From the NCBI RefSeq assembly GCF_963921235.1, contig NC_086097.1:96226001-96290000 (forward strand): DNA of 64,000 bases, in the 5' to 3' direction. Every line of letters begins with the position of its first letter. Positions within the stretch are counted from its first letter, which is position 1. The notes under the pieces are model-generated. The model did not search any database. It had not been told where the DNA came from and saw nothing but the letters and a program-made list of their open reading frames with translations. Both the position numbers and the translations under genes were made by a program. This document shows positions 53,290-64,000 of this stretch, piece by piece. This DNA is from Mobula hypostoma. Its lineage: Eukaryota.

Positions 53290-54620
53290 ACCTAAGGACA
53301 TAAGAAACAGATGCAAGAGGGGCTTTTCAGCCTCTGATGCTGCCCAGCTATTCTGTAAGAGTCAGGCTATTTTTTTATAACATTAGCATCACTTGCCTGC
53401 ACTAATGATATATACTTTAATTCCATTAGTATCAAAAAATCTATCAAACTCTTAAATATATTCAGTAACTGAACCTACAAAACTATCTTTAAGATTGTTT
53501 GATGTCATCTCCAGTATACAAGTGTAAAGGAGAACAAAATAATTGTTACTCTGGATCTGATGCAGTATATAAAAACTAAACTAAGGTAAAGAACACGATA
53601 ATAAAAACACAATTAATACATAAGATAGCTGATAAACATAGATTGATGATATGTACTGGATTTACAGTAAAGTTAAGCTTGGTACAGCAGTGTTTGCACA
53701 TAAGGTGACTTTGACAGGAAATGATAAAGTAGCGGTTGTGGGGACTGTGGCATGGTGGATTAGTGGGTGGAGATGTTCATCAGCCTTGTGGCTTAGTGGA
53801 AGTAACTATTCTTGAGTCTGGTGGTCCTAGTGTGGATGCTATGTAGCCTCCTCCCTGTTGGGAATGGAACTAACAGTCCATGAGCAGGATGGGTAGGATA
53901 CTTGATGACATTGCTGGGTAAAGAACTGCGAAGATTCACTACCCTCGGAATGAAGAAATTTGTTCGAATCTCTCTTCTGAGTAGTTGACCCTTTATCATT
54001 AGATTGCAACCCTGGTCAAGCGAGGCAGCATCCCTGCATTTATCCTTTTCAAGCTTTGTAAGAATTTTGTATGTTTTATTGAGATCACAGTTCTTTCTTT
54101 TAAACACTAGACAGTAGAGGCACTGTACTTAACTTCTCCTCAATGGATGGACACTCAATCCCAGGAGTTATTCAAGTGAATTTTTATTGCATTCTCTCTT
54201 TTGTAGTTATATCTGTATTTATGCAGGAAGACTAGAGCTGAACACAATATTCCTGATGCAGCTCAGACTCGCTTTATAATTGCAGCAAAACATGTTTACT
54301 CTTGTGTCCAAATCTTCTTGTAATTAAGGCTAATGTACCTTAGTTTTCAGTGTTTAGTGGATAAAGACATCTGAAAATTAATACCTTTCAATCTCAAACC
54401 ACTTAATAAAAATACTTCACTTTTCTCCTATTACTACCAATGTAGGGTCTTCTGTTTTTGTAGTATTATATTCTACCTGCAAGTCCTGGCCTGCTTGCTT
54501 CATCTGTCTATGTGATTCTGAAGCCTTTGACATTCTCCTCACAACTTACATGGCCACACAATAACGCATCCTTAGCAAATTTGCAAATTTGCAGATATTA
54601 CCCCTGGTCTCCACATTAAA
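53290..54620 (-). mobile_element. Ancient CR1 3' region with an inserted Rex/L2-like 3' fragment (about 53495-53912)
   Basis: ORF 53793-54107 fuses CR1 (TNFFIPRVVNL..SLP) to HPAHGLLVPFPTGRRLHSIHTRTTRLKNSYF (Rex-like C-terminus). Confidence 0.6.
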
Positions 54621-56264
54621 ATCACTGACAGATGGTGAACTCACAACCAATAATCAAATCCATACCCACTTCCAATCTGATGAAAGGTCTTGACCTGAAA
54701 TGTTGACTGTTTACTCTTTTCCATAGATGCTGCCTGGCTCTAGCATTTTGTTTGTGTTGCAGATTTTCTCTTGTTTGTGATTTGTCCACATCAATCTTAT
54801 ATTTTCTAAACTTCGTTTAGCCTCTTCTGAAAGTCGAAGTACACCATACCCTCTAACCCCCCATAATTTATTCTCCTAGTTACAACTTTAAAAAATAGAT
54901 TTCTCAAACATCATTTCCCTTTTACAAGTCCATACTAACTGTGCCCAAATAAAAACATAAAATTGTGGAGGTACTCAGTATGTCAGTTAACATCTGTGAA
55001 GAGAGAAACAATTAAAATTTCACATCAATGACCATTAATTGGATATGAAATTTTCACATGCTTTCTTTTTCACTTAAACTGCTACCTTACAAGTCTTTCC
55101 ATCAATATTTTCTTTAAGATTTCCAAAATTCATAGACTTTTCATTGAGTCTGTTTCTAAAATCATTATTTATACATGACATGAATTAGTCTTCCATGTAG
55201 TTAGTCCCAATTTCCTATGTTTGGCACATATCCCTCTAGCCATACCTATCCAAATGCTTTGAAAAATGATACTTTCGGACCTGCTTCAACCACTTCCTCT
55301 GGCTGTTCACCCTACCCCTTAAGAATTTTCTGCAGCTGGTCTGAAATATCCTTGGCTTTCAGAATGGAGTGCAGAGGAAGTACAGGCAGATGATAGGGCA
55401 AAATTGCATTCACTGGGATGAGTTAAAGTATAACAGGGGCCAAAATCAAAAAGGGTGATGAGTACAGGACTGAAGGTGTTATATTTGATTAAATCAAAGC
55501 CTTAGAAAGAGGTGACATAGGATCAGAAATTATGGAATTCTTTTGGGTAGAGTTAAGAAACTGCAAGGGTAAAAAACACTGATGGGAGTTACAGTATATA
55601 CAGGACTCCAAACCATAGCCAGGATGTCGACTACAAATTACAACGGGAGATAAAAAAGATATGTAAAAAGTGCAATGTTGCGATAGTCATGGGGAATTTC
55701 AATATGGAATTAGATTGGGAAAATCAGGTTGGTGTTGGATCCTAAGAGAAGGAATTTGTAGATGCCTACAAGATGGCTTTTCAGAACAGTGCCCACTAAG
55801 GGAACAGAAATTGTGGACTGGGTGTTATCTAATGACCCAGATTTGATTAGGGAGCTTAAAGTAAAGGAAGTCTTAGGAGGTAGTGATCATAATATGATCG
55901 AATTCACCCTGCAGTTTGAGAAGGAGAAGCTAAAATTGAATGTATCAGTATTACAGTGCAGTAAAGGGAATTAAAGAGCCATGAGAGAGCAGCTGGCCTA
56001 AGTTGATTGGAAAGGGACAGTGGCAGGGATGTTTGTCAGGACAGCAATGGCTGGAGTTTCTGGGAGCAATTTGGAAGGTGCAGGAAAAAGACATTCCAAA
56101 GATGAAGAAGTATTCTAAAGGGAGGAAGCAACCGTGGCTGACAAGGGAAGTCAAAGACAGCATAAAAGTAAAAGTGAGGGCATATAATATAGAAAAAATA
56201 GTGGGAAGTTAGAGGATTGGGAAGTCCTTAAAAACCAACCAAAGCCAACTAAAAAACCCAAAAA

Positions 56265-58720
56265 GAGATTTCAAAAATGCTGGAGGAACACAGCAGGCCA
56301 GGCAGCATCTATGGAAAGGAGTAAATAATCAATGTTCTGAGATGAATCCCTTTTTCAGGATTGGAAAGGAAGGGGTGAAGGCAGAGTAAGAGGTGGGGGG
56401 AGGGGAGGAAGAAGTACAAGGTGGTAGTTGATAAGTGAAACTCAGAGAGGGTGCCGGGGAAGTAAAGAGCTACAAAGTTGATTGGTGAAAGAGATAAAGA
56501 GCAGGTGAAGGGGGAATCTAATTGGAAAGGATAGAAGACCATGGAGGAATTGGAAGGGGGTGGACCACCATAGAACCATAGAACCTACAGCACAGAAACA
56601 GGCCTTTTGGCCCTTCTTGGCTGTGCCAAACCATTTTCTGCCTAGTCCCACTGACCTGCACACGGACCATATCCCTCCATGCACCTCCCATCCATGTATC
56701 TGTCCAATTTATTCTTAAATGTTAAAAAAGAACCCGCATTTACCACCTCGTCTGGCAGCTCATTCCATACTCCCACCACTCTCTGTGTGAAGAAGCCCCC
56801 ACTAATGTTCCCTTTAAACTTTTCCCCCCTCACCCTTAACCCATGTCCTCTGTTTTTTTTCTCCCCTTGCCTCAGTGGAAAAAGCCTGCTTGCATTCACT
56901 CTATCTATACCCATCATAATTTTATATACCTCTATCAAATCTCCCCTCATTCTTCTACGCTCCAGGGAATAAAGTCCTAACCTATTCAACCTTTCTCTGT
57001 AACTGAGTTTCTCAAGTCCCGGTCTGCACTCTTTCAACCTCATTTATATCCTTCCTGTAATTTGGTGACCAAAACTGAACACAATACTCCAGATTCGGCC
57101 TCACCAATGCCTTATACAACCTCATCATAACATTCCAGCTCTTATACTCAATACTTTGATTAATAAAGGTCAATGTACCAAAAGCTCTCTTTACAACCCT
57201 ATCTACCTGTGACGCCACTTTTAGGGAATTTTGTATCTGTATTCCCAGATCCCTCTGTTCCACTGCACTCCTCAGTGCCTTACCATTAACCCTGTATGTT
57301 CTACCTTGGTTTGTTCTTCCAACATGCAATACCTCACACTTGTCTGTATTAAACTCCATCTGCCATTTTTCAGCCCATTTTTTCAGCTGGTCCAAATCCC
57401 TCTGCAGGCTCTGAAAACCTCCCTCACTGTCTACTACACCTCCAATCTTTGTATCATCAGCAAATTTGCTGATCCAATTTACCACATTATCATCCAGATC
57501 ATTGATATAGATGGCAAATAACAATGGACCCAGCACTGATCCCTGTGGCACACCACTACTCACAGGCCTCCACTCGGAGAAGCAATTCTCTACTACCACT
57601 CTTTGACTTCTTCCATTGAGCCAATGTCTAATCCAATTTACCACCTCTCCATGTATACCCAGCAACTGAATTTTCCTAACTAACCTCCCATGCAGGACCT
57701 TGTCAAAGGCCTTACTGAAGTCCATGTAGACAATATCCACTGCCTTCCTTTTATCTACTTTCCCGGTAACCTCCTCAAAAAACTCCAATAGATTGGTCAA
57801 ACATGACCTACCACGCACAAAGCCATGTTGACTCTCCCTAATAAGTCCCTGTCTATCCAAATGCTTGTAGATTCTGTCTCTTAGTACTCCCTCCAATAAC
57901 TTACCTACTACCGACGTTAAACTTACCGGCCTATAATTTCCCGGGTTACTTTTCAATCCTTTTTTAAACAACAGAACAACATGAGCCACTCTCCAATCCT
58001 CCGGCACCTCACCTGTAGACAGCGACATTTTAAATATTTCTGCCAGGGCCCCTGCAATTTCAACACTAGTCTCCTTCAGGGTCCGAGGGAACATCCTGTC
58101 AGGTCCCGGGGATTTATCCACTTTAATTTTCCTCAAGACAGCAAGGACCTCCTCCTTTTCGATTTGTACCAGAGGGGGAAGATGAGCAAGTAAAAAGATA
58201 AAATGATGGAGGTGAAAGTTGGGGGTGGGGTGGGGTGGGTAATTACCCGATATCTGAGAAATTGATGCTCATGCCATCAGGTTGGAGGTTACCCAGAAGG
58301 AATCTAAGGTGTTGCGCTTCCAACCTGAGTGTGGCTTCATCACAGCAGTAGAGGAAGCCATTGACTGACATATTGGAATGGGAAGTGGAATTGAAATGGG
58401 TAGCTACAGGGAGATCCCACTTTATCTGGCAGACAGAGCATAGATGCTTGGTGAAGCGCTCTCCCAGTCTATGTCGGGTCTCACCGATATACAGGAGACC
58501 ACACTAGGAGCATTGGATACCACAGATGACCCCAAAAGACTCACAGGTGACATGTCGCCTCACCTGTAAGGACTGTTTGGGGCCCGTGAATGGTAGTGAG
58601 GGAGGAGGTGTAGGGGGAGGTGTGGCACTTGTTCCGCTTGCAAGGACAAGTACCATGAGGTAGATCAGTGGGGAGGGACAAGTGAGTCATGTAGGCATCG
58701 ATCCCTGTGGAACATGGAAA
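56265..58720 (-). mobile_element. Penelope-like retroelement 3' part (GIY-YIG region plus pseudo-LTR), split by a CR1
   Basis: Minus-strand HGTCPCKRNKCHTSPYTSSLTTI followed by LLYIGETR (58470-58660); pseudo-LTR block aaaatgctggaggaacacagcaggccaggcagcatctatgg at 56275. Confidence 0.82.
56567..58167 (-). mobile_element. Young 5'-truncated CR1
   Basis: 374-aa open RT ORF 57012-58136 plus 56642-57043, separated by one small deletion; tail ccatagaaccatagaa. Confidence 0.93.
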
Positions 58721-60294
58721 GTGCGGGGGAGGGAAATATGAAGGTAAGCTAGGCAATAATATAAAAGAAAATACAACAGTTTTTTTCCAGATATACGGTA
58801 CAGAGCAAGGGAGAAGAGAATGAATATTGGACCACTGGAAAATGAAGCTGAAAGGTAGTAATAGGGACAAAGAAATGACTAACAAACATAATAGTAATTT
58901 TGCATCAGTCTTCATTGTGGAAGACATTACTAGAATGCCAGAAATGTGAGAGCGTCAGGGGGCAGAAGTGAGTGTCATTGAGATTTCTAAGGAGAAGGTG
59001 CTTGGGAAGCTGAAAAGTCTGAAGATAGATAAGTTCCCTGGAGCAGACAGGCTATAGAACTAGGGTTCTGAAAGAGGTAGCTGAAGAGATTGTTCAGGCA
59101 TTAGTAATGATCTTTCACGAATCACTAGATTCTGGAATGACTCCAGAGGACTGGAAATTTGCAAATGTCACTCTACTTTTTAAGGAGGCAGAAGAAAGGA
59201 AATTATAGGCCAGTTAGCCTGATCTCAGTGGTTGGAAAGATGTTGCAGTCTATTATTAATGATGTGGTTTTGGGATATTTGGAGGCACATGACAAAATAG
59301 CATAATTTCCTTAAATGGAAATCTTGCCTGACATACCTATTGGAATCCTTTGAGGAAATAACAAGCAGGATAGATAAATAAGAATCTGTGGATGTTGTTT
59401 ATTTGGATTTTCAGAAGGCCTTTGACAAGGTGCCACACATGAGGTTGCTTAACAAGATCCCATGGTAATACAGGAAAGATACTAGCATAGAAGATTGGCT
59501 GACTGGCAGGAGGAAAAGCATCGGAATAAAGGAGGCCTTTTCTGGTTGTCTGCTGGCGACTAGTGGTGTTCTGCAAGGATTGGTGTTGGGACCACTTCTT
59601 TTCGTGTTATATGTCAATAATCTGGATGAAGGAATTGATGGGTTCCTGGCCAAGTTTGCAGATGATACGAAGATAGGTGGAGGGGCAGGTAATGTTGAGG
59701 AAGCACAGTGTCTGCAGAAGTACTTAGAGGTCTCAGTTCCTGTATAATCCTGGGTATATCCAAACCCAGCTCTAGTTCCTTGACCCAGTCTGCCAGGAGC
59801 TGGACCTGGATGCATTTTCCACAGATGTAGTCATCATCAGGGAGACCATGAGGTCATCTTGAAGGAGCAGTATTCCACTGCCCTAACTACTATCATGCTT
59901 ACAATGAATCAAGTAGTAAGGAGCAGCAGCAATATAAAACTTTATCTGGCGTCATCACCAAAGTCCTTCTAAAGATTCATTCTCAATCTCAACACTTAAG
60001 CCTCTTCATCCCAAAAACTCAGCTCCCCACTCTTCCATTGGCTCACTCTCAACTTGACCCTGCCTTATTTTTAATTGGCTGCTGTTAATCAGGTACTTAG
60101 TCAATCAACTTACAATTAACTAACAATTAGTGTATTTCTCTCTTAAACTCGTGTAAAGTGAAATACACAAGCATATGCCGAGACGTAGCCCTTTTCAACT
60201 ATTATTGCTAATTTGGTTTGACCACACTCGAGTAGATTAAAATTGTCTCTGCCTATTGTAATAAACTTGGTACATGCACCTTTAATTTCTTCAA

Positions 60295-60850
60295 GGAACA
60301 CACATCAAAGTTGCTGGTGAACGCAGCAGGCCAGGCAGCATCTCTAGGAAGAGGTACAGTCGACGTTTCGGGCCGAGACCCTTCGTCAGGACTAGCTGAA
60401 AGAAGAGCTAGTAAGAGATTTGAAAGTGGGAGGGGGAGGGGGAGATCTGAAATGATAGGAGAAGACATGAGAGGATCATGGGACAGGAGGCACACATATA
60501 CATACATTATACACACATTCTTTCTCTCACTCTCCTTTTTCTCCCTCTGTCCCTCTGAATATACCCGTTGCCCATCCTCTGGGTCCCCCCCCCCTTGTCT
60601 TTCTTCCCGGACCTCCTGTCCCATGATCCTCTCATATCCCTTTTGCCAATCACCTGTCCAGCTCTTGGCTCCATCCCTCCCCCTCCTGTCTTCTCCTATC
60701 ATTTTGGATCTCCCCCTCCCCCCCACTTTCAAATCTCTTACTAGCTCTTCTTTCAGTTAGTCCTGACGAAGGGTCTGCTATGTTCACAATCAACTTTGGT
60801 GTGTGTTGCTTGAATTTCCAGCAACTGCAGAATTCCTCATGTTTGCATTT
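60295..60850. mobile_element. Penelope-type inverted pseudo-LTR pair (fold-back structure)
   Basis: About 60297-60490 is the reverse complement of about 60612-60808 (e.g. gaaagaagagctagtaagagatttgaaagt / actttcaaatctcttactagctcttctttc); each arm has a different internal deletion. Confidence 0.85.
60358..60393 (-). ncRNA. Minimal type I hammerhead ribozyme motif (Penelope-associated)
   Basis: Minus strand reads AGUC-CUGACGA-A-GGG(UCUCGG)CCC-GAAAC-GUC-GACU: CUGANGA and GAAA cores, stem II, AGUC/GACU stem I and a GUC cleavage triplet. Confidence 0.8.
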
Positions 60851-61674
60851 TTAATTTATTCATTCATGCCATGCCTTTCACTAAGACTTCATTGGTGGGC
60901 AACTTTCACCAATATTTTCTGGTCCTTGCTCCAACTTAATTGACCTTCTGGATTTGCTGAGCCATGATTCCTTTTTTATATGCTTCCATTTTAAATTTAC
61001 CTATTTCTTGTACTAGTATCTAAGAATATTCAGCCTCCTTCACTTTGTAACACCTCTGTAATGTCGCATACTCATACTCATTTGTTTGTATCTGAACCAT
61101 TATTTCATCTACCATGTTAAGAATGCTTTATGCATTTTGATAAAGAGCCTTCAAATTTTGTCTTTGTACTATTTTTACTTCTAGTTAGAAATATGCATAT
61201 GCACATCCTGTCACTTGTTGACAAATTTACTACACTGTATTCTTTCTTTAATCTTTAAAAACTTCCTTCAAATCTCTCCCTCAATTACAGCCTATAATCT
61301 TATCAAATGAAGCTCATCCCAATGGAGTAGCTTCCTCTTTCCTTTGTCATGGCATTAGTGTTGTTGAAACCCATTTCACCCACATCAGTCTTTCAGCCTT
61401 TCTCATTTTTGATTAATCTCTCCGACCTTATTGATCCTATGCCAATTCAGTGCTTGCTACTTATGTGGTTCTGCTTTTAATTTATATCTTAACTGCTTAC
61501 AGCCCTACAAGCAGCAGAACATCGACCACAACAGCTGGAACTTGCCCTACAACTGAAGTTCAAGTTTAACTGTCATTCAATCATACATGAATACCACCAA
61601 TGAAACAGTGTTATTCTGGAGCCAAGGTGCAGTGTTCAGTTCACTTAATGTCCTTGAGCTGCAGACATGGTACG

Positions 61675-61965
61675 GGCTGGCAAACAGTGTGGCTATTAGC
61701 ATATCGCTTTATAGTGCCAGCGATTACCGACCAGGGTTCAACTCCTGCCAGTGCCTGTGAGGAATTTGTACATTCTCCTCATGACTGCGTGTGTGGGAGT
61801 TCCAGTTTCCTCTCATATTCAAAGATGTATGAGTTGTGGGCATGCTATGTTGGTGCTGGAAGTGTGGCAACATTTGGCAGGCTGCCCAGCAGAATCCTCA
61901 CTGATTTGATTTGACAAAAATCCAATGCTTCGATGAACATGTGCCAAGTAAGAGTAATCTTTAAT
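61675..61965 (+). mobile_element. tRNA-derived V-SINE
   Basis: B-box-like gggttcaactcc, then gcctgtgaggaatttgtacattctcc...ccagtttcctctcatattcaaagatgta V-domain. Confidence 0.7.
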
Positions 61966-62854
61966 AATAGATCACAATAAGTTTCACCAGTTCCAACATT
62001 CTGCTGTGATATATCACTTAGCAAATTTGAGATATCCAGGGAATTCCGCAATGTTTCACTTATATTGTTTATAAATTAGCAATGACTTAACATCTCCCCA
62101 AGACTGTATATTGCCAATGTAAATGAAGAGCATTTTTACTTCAATTTATTCCTGACAGAAAGTAAATTGATTTGGGAATACATTTAACAAAATTAGATGA
62201 CAAAATTAGATGAATTCTGAAGCAATGTCTTAGCTGGATTCCCATGGTCTAATTTGTGCATTTAAACTTCAATTCAAGCTGTACTGAATAAGGCAAAAAT
62301 CTAACACTTGCATCTAAACACATCAAAATCATTTTTAAAATATCCAAATTCAAATCAGTTTGCAATGAGGGACTAAATAAATAGGAACATTTATTTACTC
62401 CACTGATGCAATCTGAACCCCAGCAGGTCAACACAATAGCTATGTAAGTTAGAGAACTGTATAATATATTACCAATTGTGTCCAATTTATACACAATTGT
62501 TTAGATGCTAAGGTACTTTACAATTATGCAAATTGGTTAATTCCAATTCAGTAAGAAATGCCTAGTGCTTGCTAGATTAGACTGACTTTTATCATGTGGT
62601 AGTAATTAGCAAATATATTCATTTTATTTAAATCATTAGAAGCACTTTTATTTAGTTTTGTTCCAAAGGAAGATTATGACGTATATACAGTATTCCCTTG
62701 GTGAAACAAGATACCAAAAAAAAACACAAACTGCTCAGAGAATTACTAGGAGATATACACTTTTGTTATATTTTGCTTTATATTCATCTTTACCATAAAT
62801 ATAGAACCTGTATACATGTACTATATATGTGCTGGTTGGGGCGAGGCATTCCTT

Positions 62855-64000
62855 GGCCCTGGACCTCAGCCGGCAGCCTCAAGACCCCGAACCCTGGATC
62901 GCAGCCTCAAGACTCCCGACCCCGTACCGCAGCCTCAAGACCCCGGACCCCAGACCGCAGCCTGCGGCCTCAAGATCCCAGACCCCAGACTTCAGCCTCA
63001 AGACCCTGGACCCCGGACACCAGACCGCAGCTTCAAGACCCTGGACCCTGGACCACAGCCTCAAGACCTCAGACCACGGACCGTAACCTCAAGACCCTGG
63101 ACCCCGGACCCCAGACCGCAGCTTCAAGACCCCGGACCCTGTACCGCAGCCTCAGGACCCCGGACCTCAGATCGTAGCCTCAAGACCCCAGACCCCAGAA
63201 TGCAGCTTTAAGACCCCGGATGGTAGCCTCAAGATGCTGGGCCGCAGACCGTAGCCTCAAGACCCGGGACACCAGACTGTAGCTTCAAGACCCCAGACAA
63301 CAGACCGCAGCCACAAGGCACTGGACCCCATACCGCAGCCTCAAGATCCAGGACCCCGGACCGCAGCCTCAAGACCCTGAACCCCAGACTGCAGCCTCAA
63401 GACCCCGAAACCCAGACCGCAGCCTCAAGACCCCGGACCACAGCCTTAAGACACCAGACCCTGGAACCCGGCTCCCAGCCTGCAGCCTCAAGAACCTGGA
63501 CCCCAGACTGCAGCCTCAAGACCCCAGACCACAGCCTCAAGACACTGGACCCCAGACTGCAGCCATAAGACCCAGAACCCCAGACTGCAGCCTCAAGACC
63601 CCGGACCCTGGACTGCAGCCGCAAGACCCCGGACCCCAGACTGCAGCCTCAAGACCCCGGAGCCTGGACCGCAGCCTTAAGACACCAGACCCTGGAACCC
63701 GGACCCCAGCCTGCAGCCTCGAGACCCTGGACCCTGGACTGCAACCTCAAGACCCCAGACCACAGCCTCAAGACACTGGACCCCAGACTGCAGCCTCAAG
63801 ACCCAGAACCCCAGACTGCAGCCTTAAGACCCCGGACTCTGGACCGCAGCCTCAAGACCCCGGACTCCGGACTGCAGCCTCAAGACCCCGGACCCCGGAC
63901 CACAGCCTCAAGACCCCGACCTCCAGACCACAGCCTCAAGACCCCGGACTGCAGCCTCAAGACTCCGGATCCTGGACCCCAGCCGGCAGCCTCAAGACCC
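62855..64000. repeat. GC-rich minisatellite built from 7-mers (about 21/28/35-bp units, core gcagcctcaagaccccggaccccagacc); runs off the window end
   Basis: Dozens of gcagcctcaagacc cores separated by variable numbers of cc(c/t)ggac / cccagac modules. Confidence 0.95.

Larger units (their letters stand above)
55340..59730 (+). mobile_element. Older CR1 (+) split into about 55340-56260 and about 58735-59730
   Basis: VLSNDPDLIRELKVKEVLGGSDHN in the first part; decayed DFQKAFDKV and KFADDTK in the second part. Confidence 0.8.

Noticed and set aside
54673..54710. Second functional hammerhead (ctgatga...gaaatgtt, plus strand)
   Set aside because: The cores are recognisable but stem I pairing and the palindromic stem III are degraded; treated as a dead copy, as are those near 14600 and 56340.
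62698..63624. Pro/Arg-rich ORFs as mucin- or collagen-like exons
   Set aside because: Open in several frames on both strands because of repeat composition; 7-nt modules do not preserve frame; no splice support.

Overview
Eukaryotic (vertebrate) genomic DNA. The repeat content (dense CR1 LINEs with short-microsatellite tails, V-SINE/HE1-like SINEs, Penelope-type repeats) suggests a cartilaginous fish, probably a ray or shark; this is inference. One host gene is supported: four small minus-strand exons (30934-31032, 19190-19243, 14182-14262, 13790-13849) splice GT-AG in phase 0 into the C-terminus of a regulator-of-microtubule-dynamics protein (RMDN3 favoured over RMDN2). I found no further upstream exon, so 31033-64000 looks like one large intron. 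Just downstream (about 8550-13150, minus strand, repeat-poor) lies what appears to be a decayed multi-exon gene that I cannot identify: phase-compatible splice sites, with stops, frameshifts and a 47-bp CR1 insert. The rest is mostly nested mobile elements: CR1s (one full-length with TSD), two Rex1/Babar-type LINEs, a full-length L1 holding a hAT element and a second L1/Tx1, a Tc1 IR/DR transposon, Tc1-like MITEs, two inverted solo LTRs with 5-bp TSDs, Penelope remnants with one intact minimal hammerhead ribozyme motif, and a terminal minisatellite. All alignments were done by eye; repeat boundaries without a stated TSD are approximate.
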